Shown here piece after piece: positions 45,430 through 59,104 of a stretch of DNA of 64,000 nt. The stretch spans positions 496,001 through 560,000 of the forward strand of contig CM068771.1 in assembly GCA_035084275.1 (NCBI GenBank), given 5' to 3'. Under the pieces are notes generated by a model. The model was not told the DNA's origin. It saw nothing but the letters and a program-made list of their open reading frames with translations, and made no database searches. The position numbers and the translations under genes were made by a program. Every line of letters begins with the position of its first letter. Positions within the stretch are counted from its first letter, which is position 1. Origin of the DNA: Hydrolagus colliei. Lineage: Eukaryota.

Positions 45430-46845
45430 GGCAATGACTGTGTGTGTGTCTCTCCCCCTGGGCGACATCATCCGCAGACATGGGGTAAATTTCCACATAT
45501 ATGCTGATGACACCCAACTCTACCTCTCCACATCCACCCTCGGCTCCAGGACAACTGACGTTGTGACTGCAAGTCTGTCTGACATTTGAGTCCTGGACGA
45601 GGGCAAATTTCCTACAGCTGTGGAAATATAATTAAACATATACCTATGCGGAATCAAACTATATTATAATTAGCATTAACATGTAATAATTACTAACTAC
45701 ATTATAGTTAAAAACAGACACATAGGTGAGCTACGAGAATGCTGATCATATGTATCATTTGGTCAGAAAACTAAACCAGCTTCTCTGAGGTCAGAGTACA
45801 CTGGGAGGGATGCCATTAACATTGGTCAACTGAAGTCAGGACAAAGATTCACACCAACTGCATATGCAGTCCTGTGGGAATGGATGAATCACTATCAACC
45901 CAGAACAGATAAAGAGACAGGCGTACAGACTGACTCTTATTATCTTATGTATTTCATGTAGGTCTAGTCAACACTCATTTCTCACGGGAACAGACAGGCG
46001 TCCTTGAGCCGGGCGGTACCACTGACGACAGTTTCAATAGCTATCTCTATGTGACTTTGATAAGTAAATGTGTCAAGATAGCTTTCATTTTCTCTCTCTC
46101 TGTAACTATACTAATCCATGATGTATTGTTTTAGTTGTATAAAAGGAGACATTGGAGCGTTTCCAAACTCAGAGGACAAGAGCGACTCCCATTGAGAGAT
46201 GCATATTCTCCTCTCCTTTACTAGTATCGTATTAATAAAGTGCATTCGAATTATCTGTTTGAAGTGTTGTTTTTCTAATAGATAAATATTATTACACAAA
46301 TATCGGATTCAACACAGCTCAATGTCAACACGATGGAAGCCCTCCTGATTGGCTCACGTCAGCACTCCGCACCTCAGACACTGACAACATCAGTGTTCAA
46401 GGCTGCCCTCTCCTCCTCTTGAAGCCAATCAAGAATCTGGGTGTCTTGCTCGACCCGAAACTATCTTCCCTTCCCGACAACCGCTCCATGCCCGGCACAG
46501 CCTTCCACCACATTCACAATATTGCCAGACTCCACCACTACCTCACCCTCTGTGCCGTCGAAACTGGCATCCACGCCATTTTTACTTCCAGGCTTGACTA
46601 TGGAACTCTCTCCTCATCGGCCTTCCCAGCTCCTCGCTTCACGGGCTGCAGATCATTCAGAATTCTGCAGCTCGTACACTCTCCCTTACCAGGCTTCGTG
46701 ATCACATCACTCCCACTCTCGCCCATCTCCACTGGCTCCCATCCCCCAGAAGATCGAATTCAAGATCCTCATCGTCACTTTCATGGCCATTCCTGACGTG
46801 AAAGGCGCTACATAAGTGAAATTGTTTTGTTGTTTTTATTGTTGT
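45430..46845 (+). mobile_element. L2 fragment (RT YADD region to 3' tail), split by a solo LTR
   Basis: [26 protein letters not shown] at 45450-45530; resumes at 46319; internally deleted before the tail. Confidence 0.8.
45619..46314 (+). mobile_element. Solo LTR (696 bp)
   Basis: TG...CA termini; exact 4-bp TSD CAGC (45615-45618 and 46315-46318); TATAAAA at 46138 and AATAAA at 46234. Confidence 0.85.
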
Positions 46846-47239
46846 GGTCCTGCGATAAATGTAGGACAGACAGAAATCTTTTGCAAATATAGAAAAAATT
46901 ATTCGTTCATGTGAGCAGTAGTTATTAGTAATTAACAGATTACATTACAGTAATCGTACGTATATACCTACAGTTCATTATGATTTAATAATTTGATCCA
47001 ATTCAATGTCCATTTTAACATGGCCTTTTTGGGATCCATAAAACATATCCAATTATTGTTGTACGTTTCTCAGTTTCATCAGCCCAAATTATCCAGATAC
47101 TATTGCATGTCCAATTCTATTAGAGCAAATCCAAATCAATGATTTCTTCTTTCCAATTCTATTCTTTCCCCCTCAATTAATGCAGTTGACTCTCTTTCCA
47201 AATCAATCTCATTGATAAATTTACACAGATATATAATCA

Positions 47240-47540
47240 TAATAATAATAAACCTTGCATTTGATATAGTGCTTTTCACATCTTATCGACATCCCAAAGC
47301 GCTTCACAGAATATACTGTAAAGTGAATTGACTGTATATTTGTGGACGAATCACGGCAGCCAGTTGCACACAGCAGTATCCCACAAACAGTCGTGGGTTG
47401 AAATGACCAATATTATTATTGTGTTTTTTTTTGGAGGGATTATTATTAGGCGTGTGGAGTAAGGAAACTTGCCCAAGGTTTCGCCCTGACCTGCCTGGAT
47501 TCGAACACAAGTCTCCCCAGCTTGGTCTCCCCATTGTCAC
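47240..47540 (-). mobile_element. tRNA-derived SINE, head partly lost
   Basis: Near-identical to 51086-51430, including the B box gttcgaatcc and the ccccagcttggtctcccc duplication. Confidence 0.75.
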
Positions 47541-47896
47541 CTATTGTTTATTTCGAGTTGTTTAGTTTATGGGATAAAATGCCCTATAGCTCCTTCCAGC
47601 TGCAAATTACAATTTGCTTGATGACGGGTAAAAACTGGTAACTGATGGATTCTTCTTCTTATATGTAGAGTACATAAAACTTCAGGTTGCTCTGACGTCT
47701 TTAGGTTTATTGAAAATCAAAGTTCCGATTTGAATGAAAGATATCGAACTGCACAAAATCTATTTTCAAACAATACCAGGCATTTTCAAACAACTCTTTA
47801 TTCCATCTGATTATTTCAGAGATGCCGGATCATTTCTAAGATAGCGCAGATCTGTGCACGAGTGTACTGTTGTGAAGACCAAAGAGAGCAACAAAG

Positions 47897-48801
47897 CTAC
47901 ACATGGTTATGTTGGTGGCTCAGAAAGCGAGTGATGGGGTAAATGAAGATGGATTTCAGGCTCTGCCTGAATTGGGTCTGGGTCACACCATAGATGACAG
48001 TGTTGGAGCAGGAGCTGAGGAACTGCAGCATGTAACCCACGTGCTCAGCGATGGTGAAAGGGCTGCTGTAGTCAGACTGTAGGAGTTTGGCCTCTGTCAT
48101 CAGTGCACACATGAAGGTAACCATGTAGGTCAACCACAGCAACACAAAGGTCCCCGAGATGGTAATGAGCAGGATTAGAGATTTCTTCCGACTCTCCATC
48201 TCCTCGTCCTTCAACGTCACTGATCCCCGCAGACGCTGACGCACAGCGCTGGCCACGAGAACCTGTCTGATGGTCAGAGAGTTGAAGAGGAGAATGACGA
48301 TGAAGGGAAGAATCGGATTTACAATCATATTCATCAAGTTAAATATCCTCCAGCCAATATCAATATAACAGTTGGGCTTGACGCTGCAAAACCAGGGCTG
48401 CCCATTGATCATCATCAGCGGTTGGTAGATAAAATAAATGGGGATATTTTTTGCGCTTAAAAATGCACAGATTGTCCAGATCACCAGGCCCGCTGTCGTC
48501 TCGGTGCAGTATTTGGGTTTGAGCTTTGGGCGGCAGATGGCAATGAAGCGGTCAAAGGTGAAGGCCATGGTCAGCCAGACAGAAGTATCAATTACGAAGA
48601 AGCGCAGCACAAGGTGTACATGGCACACGGGGGTCTGGAACAAAACAAAGTACGGCAGGTGGAGCTGAAATGTCTTCCTCAGGATCACACCAATGAATAT
48701 GACCAGCAGGTCAGCAACAGCCATAGCGACCAGGTAGCGGGTGACACATTTGGAGAGTCCACACTTTCCCTGGGCCAGGACCACAATGGTCACCGCGATC
48801 G
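47897..48801 (-). CDS. GPR139-like class A GPCR copy B, exon 2 (intact; 322 aa with exon 1)
   Basis: Acceptor ttgctgcag|CG in phase 1; DRF and NTVIY motifs; 64+905 nt = 323 codons. Confidence 0.9.
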
Positions 48802-51085
48802 CTGCAGCAATGTTACAAACACAATCATAGATTTCACTAACTTATTCATGATTGTGCCTGGCAGCAAACCCTTATAAGATTCCATGATTTTGCTGAGTGC
48901 ATATAAGTTCGATCATGTATTTAAAACAGATGCATTTCACAGAGTAGTCAGAGAAAGTTACATAGACATTCACAGCACAGATGGCCATTCAGCCCATTGT
49001 ACCTGTGCCAAATATTCTGTTAAGCGAAATGCCAGTACGTATTGTGGATGTAGAAGCAGTAATTCCACAAATGAATGTCCCAATAAATACCATATATCCA
49101 TTTATCAATAGATTTTTTAGAAGGATTGTTATCTCTGGAAAGAAAGTGACAAATTGACTAACCTTGCACCTGCAATTTATTGCAATGTATAAAGAGCATG
49201 ATGTGTAAGGAAACACAGCGAAGCCATTGCCCTGCACGCAAATCAAACCAGGCAATTTCGCTTCCAAGTGAGCTTTGTATCTATCTTTACTCTCTGTCCA
49301 TCGCTAGATTCCTCTCGGTTTGCTCAGAAATGCCATGACCACAATTCCCTCTGCTTACGCTTTGGATTGTCTCATCGAGCCTCACCCAGTCTGAATGCGT
49401 GTGGGCTGACAATGCCCCACTGATTGCTCATCTCCGAGTCTCGGCTTGAGCGTGTGCCTGCTGGAACTGACCCAACCCTTAACATTATTTATCCTCTCCT
49501 ATTCCATACACTTTCTTGATCGAACTCAAGTCAATGTCTCCTCCAACTTTTGCATCTTCTCAACCCTCCTGTACTCAGAGCAGCCCTATGTTCCTTCCCT
49601 GGAGTCCTGCACTCAACATATTTTGTCAAAGGCTGCTGGCTTTCCATCAGCAGCCACCATGGAAACCCCATCCTCAGTTTCCTCCACTTTCTTCTCTGAC
49701 AGCTCTACCCTCCTGTCCTACTTCTGCTGCTCTGAACTCCTCATAATCTTGGGTGACTTTAACCATAACTATCTTGCATTCAGTCATGCATGACACACTA
49801 GTCGCTGTCAACCTCCACATCACTACTTACTGATATATGTAACCCTGGTATAGGAGACAACTCCACTCCCTCAAATCCCAGGTGCTCTCTGTATACTGTC
49901 CCTTTTCAAACCTTCTTTGTCTGTGCTAATTCATGGACTGTGTTGTTGCTTCCCAACTTTGCCTTTGCTCTCCCAACTTCAGCCCACAACCCCTTCAAAT
50001 TTGGGTTTTGTATTGTTGTAACATAGACTCAGCCCTGGTCAAGGTAAATAAATTAACAATCTGTCGAATTACGACCATGGCATGTCTCTGTCTCAACATC
50101 CTTCTCAACCTGCGAGTTGCTTTCCATAACATTGACCACTATATTTTTCTACACGCACCAATTCTGACCAGTGTCTGCCTGCCTGCGAGACTGACTGCCT
50201 ACCTGCCTAGGAAATTTGGATCACACATGGAAGACCTGGGATTAATTCACGGAAACGCAAATTCTAGGGCAGTTTACTTCATCCACAACCCTGTAATAAT
50301 GTCCCTGGAAGAAACAGAATAGATTGGTCAGTTCAAACCACTAATGGAAGTATTAATGGAAAACTGCTGTGTGCAATTCAATGCCATGTTTTGCCCACCA
50401 TACAAGCAGTGAATTCACTTCACAGTATATATTGTGAAGCACTTCGAGTCATCTAGAAGGCAGCAAAATTGCTTTGACAAATGCAACTATTTGTATTATT
50501 ATTGTATATACCGTCAAACAAATCGATCATCCACTAGTTCTCCAACATATTCAACTTGAAGTCCTTTCCAATTAACAAATTCCCTCTGGATCATTCATTC
50601 TGGTAATGAGTATTATGAGATACAAATAAAAATAGTAGTAATCCTTGCATTCATCAAAATATATCAAAGTGCTTCACATAATACATTGTAAAGTTAATTA
50701 AGTGTGTACTTTCATGGGAAACTCAGCAGCCAATTGATATAGAAGTGACGTATACAAATTTATAGATTGAGTGAAGAAATTCTTTGTGTTTTGTTGTTTT
50801 TCAAGGAAAGATTCTAACCATAAAGCGATTCACCAGTCCAATAACAAATGGGTTTCTTCCAACCGAAGTTCCAAAGAGAGGTGTGAGGAGTGAGGAAAAA
50901 TTCTCAATATTTTGCCTTGACTGGGAATCGAGCCCAGGTCCTCCACTTTCGAGGAGTGCTCTAACCGCAAAGCTACATGACTCAACAACCTGTTTCTGCA
51001 CCACTCATTCTAAATACTCCTTTCTCTGTTTGAAAAGTAATTCAATGTGGAACGTCAGATTACCTCCATTCTCCCTATCTTACCA

Positions 51086-51430
51086 TAATAATAATAATGA
51101 TAATAATCCTTGTATTTTGATATAGTGCTTTTGCACATCTTATCGATGTCCCAAAGCGCTTCACAGAATATACTGTAAAGTGAAGTGACTGTATATTTGT
51201 GGACAAATTGCGGCAACAACTTGCGCGCAGCAGTGTCCCACAAACAGTCATGGATTGAAATGAACAAGTTTATTTTTGTGGGGTTTTTTGCATGGATTAT
51301 TATTAGGCGTGTGGAGGAAGGAAACTTACAAATGGTTTCGTCCTGACCTGCCTGGATTCGAACACGGGTCTCCCCAGCTTGGTCTCCCCAGCTTGCAAGA
51401 CAAGTGCTCTAACCACAGAGCCACTGGAGC
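51086..51430 (-). mobile_element. tRNA-derived SINE in the intron of copy B only
   Basis: Head ggtagctccagtggctctgtggttagagcacttgtcttgcaa...gttcgaatcc; (ATT)n tail; TACCA at 51081-51085 and 51431-51435; empty site in copy A. Confidence 0.85.
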
Positions 51431-51795
51431 TACCACCCAGGGCATTTAAAGAACGTCTGGTCTTATCAATTATGAAATACTATTGCCTCTGTCGGAACAT
51501 CTACTCCGAACTCGGCTGCCAAAGTGCAGCTTTTTGTCTATTTGTCCATTCACAATATCGATTGGTAAATAGAGATATGGTTCCTGAGAGAAGGAGACCA
51601 GAATTGGATATTGCATTTTACGGTATAACTCTAATTGGTGATGTTCCTTTTATGCTGCCATTCACTTTCTTTCGTTTACATGAAACATGTCCTCTTAACA
51701 CTGGGGAACAGAGAAGTTTACTTTCTGAGAACAAGAAGCACCATTGTCGGGTGTAGTGTGGAGCAGTGGCGCACACAGCTCCGTCAACAACATAC

Positions 51796-51859
51796 CAGGA
51801 AAGCCAATGATTCCCAGCGTAGGGTAAAACACCTTCTCTATTTCTATTATTTCCATCAT
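51796..51859 (-). CDS. GPR139-like GPCR copy B, coding exon 1 (MMEIIEIEKVFYPTLGIIGFP)
   Basis: ATG to CCTG|gtatgt, phase 1, matches exon 2. Confidence 0.85.
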
Positions 51860-51943
51860 TGTCAAAGCTGTACTGTATTCTGCTGACACTGTTCTGCAGC
51901 TGAAGAATGTGATCCTGCTCTGAGAACCATTCAGAGCTTCCTC

Positions 51944-51951
51944 TTTTTATA
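51944..51951 (-). promoter_or_regulatory. TATA box of GPCR copy B
   Basis: TATAAAAA at the same spacing as in copy A. Confidence 0.7.
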
Positions 51952-54900
51952 CCTGGGAGTCAGCACTGCAGGGACTGTCATTACGCAACTAATAAATTAT
52001 CCGAACCAACAACTGAGACAAAGAGAATCACGCCATTCTGAACCAAATGTGGTTATGTGGGAAGACTAGAAATAATAATAAATGACATAAAAATAATAGA
52101 TTTTTTTGTGAGAAGCCAACCATCTCTCTCTGGATAACACCATATTATAAAGAGGATGGATGAATGCTGTGACCATTGTTTTAATTAGCTGGGCAACACA
52201 TGCAAATAGGAAATGAGCAATTTGAATGCTGGTCTATCCATTATGTGCAAAGTCAAACTAGTCTGTGAACTGTTTGATACAATATAATGATCATAACTGC
52301 ATTCTTGAAATGCATTTTTTTTAAAAAAAACTTTAATTTCAATCAACTGAAGAGCGAAAACAGAAAGAGTTGTCTGTGCATAACAACCCTTTAACGTCAG
52401 ACTGGTCCCCTAATTCAGAACTGTTGATAAGACGCTGCTGTGAACAATTGGCAGCCACATTTTCCCCTAACAAATATATAGTAAAGTGACTTCACAGTGG
52501 AGTCTGTGAAGTGTTTTGGTGATTGTCATTATGAAGGAGGCCCTCTGGTTTGGCTCCCATAAGCGTCTCCATACATTGGGCAGTGACATATCTCCCTCCT
52601 CCATGGGTAATGATATAGAGCCAATACACAAGCTCAGTGACATGCTGGACCACCAAACTCCATGACCCTATCAACTTCCTATCCTCACCCGATATCGTAA
52701 CGCATTGAATAGTCAGGGCACGGGGACCCGAGCACAGAGGTGTGGGTGATTGGGGGCAGGGTTGGGATGGGGTTGGGCAGAGAGTTAGTGCGAAGGCTTG
52801 TTTCAAGGCCAAGGGGGCAAATGCGGTCAAGAAAGGACGTCAGTTTCTTCATACGGTTGAGCGACACCAGGAGATCAAGGACTCTGAGGAGCTGGTGGAG
52901 ATCAATACGATCTACAATGCAACAGTATCCAGTAGCAAGTTGCATGGCATCAAGATCCAAGTAACATTGGATGGAGTCCAAGTAATCATGGAAGTTGATA
53001 CTGGAGCAGCAGTCAGTGTGGTGTCTGAAACACTGTATTGAGAGAAGCTGAGCAAAAATAAGCTACAATCAGGAAGGGTCGAGCTGCGTAGCTATGGAGG
53101 GGAGATCATCCCAGTTGTGGGTAGACTGTGTGTTCCAGTTACATACAAGGACCAATGTGTGGATTTGCCAATTGTTGTGGTGAAGGGAGAAAAACCAGCA
53201 TTACTTGGTCGAAATTGGATGAACTCGCTGAAATTAGATTGGCAAGAAATCTGTCACGTGCAAATCTCGTTCACAACACAGGAAGAGGTGATAAAGAAGC
53301 ACCCAACGGTGTTCAGTGAATCCAATCAGCGGATACAAAGTGAATGTAGGAGTGTAAGGTGAAGCAAGGCCAATGCACTATAAGCCACGCCCAGTGCCAC
53401 ATGGAATGAGAGAAAATGCAGAAAAAGAACTGAAAATATTTGAAAAAGAGAACTTTATCAGTAAAGTACAACAAAAGTAATTGGGCTACTTCCATTTGTA
53501 GTTCCAAAACCTGTCAGTAGGGTCAAAATCTGTGTGGACTACAAGGTAACGGTGAATCAAGTTCTTGAGTGTAGTCCACCTGACACGTTACCAAATGTAG
53601 AAGATTTATTCAACACATTGGTAGGTGGTAAAACATTTTCTAAAATGGACTTGTCAAATGCCCTATTTACAGTTAGAGTTAGATGAGAAGTCAAAGGCGT
53701 ACATGACTATCAACACTCATATGGGCCCATATCAATACAGTAGGCTACCGTTTGGCGTTACGTCAAGCCCAGGAATTTTCCAAGGGTCATGACTCAGATT
53801 CTAGAGGGAATCAATGAGGTAATATGCTACCTTGATGACATACTCATCTCTGCGCCAAATAGGCAGGTTCATGATGAAAGGCTACACATGGTGTTACAAA
53901 GGCTAGAGAAACACCAAGTATGTGTCAAGGCTCACAAACGTGAGATGTTCAAAGAGTCTGTAGAGTACCAAGGGCATAAGGTAGACAAAGATGGGTTGCA
54001 ACCAACCTAGAGTAAGGTCGATGTGATCAGGATCGTGCCCACTCCCAGAAACACATCTGAGCTACGATCCTTCATGGGATTGTTGAATTACTATGGAAAA
54101 TTCATTCCAAATTTGGGAACCTTTATACTCCCCTTGAATGAGCTTTTGAAGAAAGACATGCCATGGAAATGGACACATGAATGTGACCAGGGTTTCAAGT
54201 TGTGTATAAAACAGCTGGTAGATGGTACAATGCTGGTACACTATGATGTCACAAAGACAATCAAGCCTAGCATAAGACGCCTCCCCACGGGGTTGGTGCG
54301 GTTATCTCTCATGTGTTAGAAACAGTGGAAGAGAGACCGATAGCTTTCACTTCTAGAACCCTGAGTAGTAGTGAGAAAAACTACACCCAAATAGGGAGAG
54401 ACGCTTTGGCCTTGATTTGTGGAGATAGGAGATTCAATAAATACTTGTATGGTCGCAAGTTCATCTTTGAAACAGACCATAAACCTTTGACAGCCATCCT
54501 AAATCCAAAGTCACTCTAGAAGCCAGAATGCAAAGATGGGCGTTGATCTTGTCAGCATACCAGTATGACATACAATATCGTAGGTCAACAGACCATGGTA
54601 ATGCCGATGCAATGTCTAGGTTACCCTTAGCATCATAAGTGAAACCCAACAGGGAAGATGTGTTCTATTTTTCCCAAGTTGAAGAGCTGCCAGTCACATC
54701 AAGTGACATCAGCAAGGCAACTCATAGGGACAGGGTTTTATCCAAGGTGCGTGACCATATTGTCAGTGGGTAGCCGAGTCATATGACTGAGACAGAAGAA
54801 CAAATTAGTTCATACCTTTGTGGGAGACATGAATTGATAAACGACCAAGGATATATCATGTGGGGGGCTAGAGTGGTAATCCCTGAAAGGTACAGAGTAC

Positions 54901-56134
54901 AGTTGTTAGGTGATCTTCACGATCAACACCTAGGGATGTGTCTGACCAAGAGTCTAGCTAGAAGCTACCTATGGTGGCCAGGTTTAGATAAAGACATTGA
55001 AAACACAGTAAAACAGTGTAGTGTATGTTAGTCAGTTGGAAGGAGTCCACTACCAGTACCACTACAGTCATGGAAATGGCCAGCCAGAGTGTGGCAAAGG
55101 TTACACATGGATTTTGCAGATCTAAATGGACAGCAGATGTTCATTGTGATAGATAGTCATTCCAAGTGAGTTGAGGTGTTTCCGATGAACAAAACAACCT
55201 CAAGTAAAACTTTGGATATTTTGAGAGGGTTGTTTGCTTCATATGGATTTCCAGAGGAAATCGTGTCTGACAACGGACCACAGTTCTGTTCAGAAGAGTT
55301 TGTGCAATGCATGAAGAAGAATGGTGTGAAGCACACTAGAGTACCTGCATACCATCCAGCTTCGAATGGTACTGCAGAGCACACAGTGCAAATTGTCAAA
55401 CGCGCACTAGTTAAGCAAATGCTAGATGCAAACCCAAGGAAAAGTCAATTATCATTGCCTCACAAACTAGCCAACTTTCTGATAACGTATCGTAACACAC
55501 CTCACACCACTGCATGCAGAACACTGGCTGAGTTGTTCCTAAAAAGACACCCGAGAACAAGATTTTCATTGTTAAAACCCAACTTAGTACAAACGGAAGG
55601 AAAACAGGAGGGACAGAGAGAGAACCATGATAGAGGTAAAGTGAAAGACAGAAGGCTGGAGTTAACCCAAAAAGTTAAAGTGAAGAACCATTATCACAAA
55701 TGGGTAAAGTGGGTACCAGGAAGAGTAGTGAAAGTATGTGGACCGCTCACCTATTTGGTCAGGATGTGTGAAAGTGGCAAACTCAGATTTGTTCATGTTG
55801 ATCATATCTTACTTACACATGTACTGGAAGAGTGGAGAGAAATGGATAAATCTAATGAACCAAATAGTTTTAGACCAACAAATGAGTAAGTAATGGTAAC
55901 AGAGGACTCAACAAATAAACAGAATTCAACTGTGAATGAAGGTGAGGGTTTAGTTCCAGGTGATAGTCAACAGAACCTGACTGAGAAACTGGAGACTAGG
56001 AGTGAAAGTCAAGAAGAATACCAGACTTGATAGATGGTGAGTCTGAGTGCTACCATGAGTCCTAAAACTTTTGGACAGGGAAGGTATCCTGTTAGAAGTA
56101 GGAAACCAGTAATCAAGTTTGAATTTTGAATTTT

Positions 56135-56245
56135 TATGTATGTATGTATGTATGTATGTATGTACGTATGTACGCATGTACGCATGTACGCATGTACGCA
56201 TGTACGTACATGTGCGCGCGCGCACGCACGCACGCACGCATGCAC
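56135..56245. repeat. Compound alternating purine-pyrimidine microsatellite
   Basis: (TATG)n-(TACGCATG)n-(CG)n-(CACG)n. Confidence 0.9.
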
Positions 56246-56323
56246 ATAAATTGGATATAGTATCGTGTTTTGAATGTCAGTAATTTAACTTTTTCATAAC
56301 TTCTTCGTTAAGGAGGGAGGAGA

Positions 56324-56446
56324 TGTGATAGCGCCATCTAGTGACCAGTGTATATAAATGTAAATAAACCACATGATGTGTGCAGTCGTTTTCCAGAACA
56401 TCAGAGCGTGAACATGTGTGACACTTGTAGTCCCAGAGATATGACA
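56324..56446 (+). repeat. 3' LTR of the Gypsy element (about 123 bp)
   Basis: Polypurine tract aaggagggaggaga directly before TGTGATA; ends TATGACA (imperfect terminal inverted repeat). Confidence 0.65.
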
Positions 56447-56454
56447 GATAGCAT

Positions 56455-58030
56455 GCTAACTGAAGGCACGGACTAAGAGGAGGTCCTTGAGACAAGCCTT
56501 GAAAGAGGCAAGGGTGGCAGCAACAAGAAGGGATTGTGGGTTGGAGTTCCAAAGTTGCAGAGAGACTGAAAGCCTGGCTGCCCAACACATAGAATGTGTT
56601 GGGCAAGAGACATGGAGCAGGCCGGAGCCTGGTAAACGGAGAAAGTGTACAGATTGTTCAGGGGTGAGTAGTCAGAGAGATAGGAGGGGGCAAGTCCATG
56701 GATGGCTTTGAAAGTGACGACAAGGATCTTAAAGTTGATCCTCAACCAGGGAAGGGTTGAGGTGATGGGGACATGGAGGCTGGTGTGGGAGAGTACATGA
56801 GCTGCAGACGTTTGGATGATCTGCAGCTTGTAGAGGGTAGAGTTGGGAAGACTGACAAAAAGGGAGTCGATGTAGTTGAGCCTAATGGTGACACGTGTAT
56901 GTGTATGCATTTCAGCAAACTGAGAGGAGAGGTAGTGATGGAGAAGGCCGTTATTCTGGAGTTGGTAGAAGATGGTGCTGGTCATGCCATCGTTATGGAG
57001 GAGAAAGGACGTGTCACATTCAAACAAGACAACAACAACAACAAAAACAAAATTACACTTGTACAGCGCCTTTTGCTTCAGAAAAAGTCCCAAGGCTCTG
57101 GACAGTCACTGCTTCTGACCCAAGGTGAGGACGGGGGAAGGAGGGAAAGGGGTGCTAGGAGTTGCCAATGGCTCCTTCAAAGTGTAGAGTCTGAAGCGGG
57201 GTTTGGAGGAGGCCAGGAGGCGGCGAGGTGGAGGGACTGTGGGATGGATTTCCAGAGGTTGAGGATACAATGACTAAAGTTTCACCCGCCAAATGTAGGG
57301 CGAATGGGTAAGGGGACGTGGACCAAGTTGCTGACAGGCTTGATTAGGTGATGTGTGCATCCGTGGATGCTGATGCTGCTGGTAACTGTGGTGCAGAGGC
57401 ACTATCACGTGCCAATCAGGAGGGCCGAGGTTTAGCTCACATTGATCTGTGGAAAGTTTTTTCTCTTCCAGGATTCTATATCCTCGATGCTGAGGAATAC
57501 GGCAAGAGACTGTGCAAGGGCTGGAAGAGAAACCATTGACAGAGACAAAGTGGAGACGGTGTGAAAGGTAGGACCTGAAACATTCTTTGACAAAATTACA
57601 GGCTGAGGTGAGAGGATAGGCAGTTGATGAGGATTGGATTGTCCACTGTGTCAATGGCATGGATGCATTTCAAGATCCTGGTCCTCGCTTTCAACGCCCT
57701 CCACCAAAAGCAACAAAATAATTATAATTATAGAGCGCCAATCAGTTTGTGCGGACATACCAAGGTGCTCCATGCCCTTCCTCCCACCTACCTCCATGAC
57801 CCCATTACAATCTGCCAATGTGTCCATTCATCCACTCAGTAGCTTCCTGCTTCATGTCCAACACCTTGCCTATCACAACATTGGCAGTTGGGCCTTTAGC
57901 TTCTCTGCCCTCAACCTGTAGAAGTCCATCACACAGGATAGTCTTCTCGACTGCTCCCTTATCTCCTTCAAGACACATCTCTTTTTTCATGCATGCCTTT
58001 GGTGATCACCATTCACCTCTGCCATAGTCC
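56455..58030. mobile_element. Mosaic of old L2 fragments in both orientations
   Basis: IRLNYIDSLFVSLPNSTLYKLQIIQTSAAHVL...WLRINFKILVVTFKAIHGLAPSYL; tails at about 57030. Confidence 0.7.
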
Positions 58031-59104
58031 CGCCTCCCTGATCTTGACACACAAACATGGGTCGGAAAACACTGATGGTCCATCACTTTGGCACGTCCAC
58101 CCAACTTGAAATGTGCTGTCACAAGTTAGTTTATGTTGTTGTTGCTGTCACCACATTATAAAACGGATATTAAAGCGATTGAGAGGATACAGAGGATGGC
58201 AACTAAATTGATTTAGCTGATAGAATCCCAGAATTCAGGATGGGTTCAATTCAACAAAGTTTTGATGAAAAAATAATCACGCAAAATCATGGAATAGTTT
58301 ACTTCATAAAAGCTGGATATATAAAAAACTGATAAAAAACCAAGAACAATGGGTGAACTTTACAGCAAAGTTTTCTTCAAAATTCTTGTTGTTCAAACAT
58401 ATGGTTGCAAACAATCAGAATTATACTCTATCGAAGGAGGCTATTGGGTCCATGGTGACGTGCTCTTTGTTAAATCTGTCCAAATTAACCGCACTACCCC
58501 ACCAACTCACCAAAGGCCTGCGTATTTTCCCTCCCCCAATATCTGTCGATGTCTCTTTTGAAACCTATTATCAAATCGACTCACAGCAGCCATTTTGGCA
58601 ATGCATTCCGAATACGATTGGCTCACTATATGAAGAAAAGCTCCCCTGATTCTTTTGACAACTACAGTAAATTTGAGTCATTTGGTTACCCATTCACTCA
58701 CCAGTATTAATCCGCAAAATCCCCTTATAATTTTAAACAACACTGATAAGCCTCACCTTATCCATCTCTGATCCAAAGAGAATAATCCTGCAAAATCTGC
58801 TTTGAACCCACTGCAAGGCATTTACTTTCCAATTGCTGGCCCACCTCACTACTGGCCCAGTTCCAAACTCCGTTTTCTTGACACGGTCTTTGAACTTGTC
58901 ATTGCTTCCCAGTTTCACTAATTCCTCTCATCACTCCCTTTATGAGCTTCTCCAAATGGGTTGATGTGCTCCTCACAACATGGCAGATACATTTTTGAAG
59001 GAACAAGTGACATAATGTTCATTAATATGAATCCTCTGTCAACAACCACATTCAACACTCCTGTCTTCGATACCATGGATCACTCCATCTGCTTCCACCG
59101 CCTT

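Larger units (their letters stand above)
52690..56446 (+). mobile_element. Decayed Ty3/Gypsy LTR retrotransposon (PR-RT-RH-IN), 5' end missing
   Basis: EVDTGAAVSVVS (protease), CYLDDILI (RT), ETDHKPL (RNase H), HxxHLG...WWPG...CxxC and VSDNGPQF...ASNGTAE (integrase); many stops and frameshifts. Confidence 0.92.

Noticed and set aside
51380-51430. tRNA gene (also 62315-62390)
   Set aside because: A and B boxes are present, but the cloverleaf is broken and the sequence continues into SINE body and tail
52742-55889. Domesticated or intact pol gene
   Set aside because: Many stops and frameshifts in protease, RT and integrase
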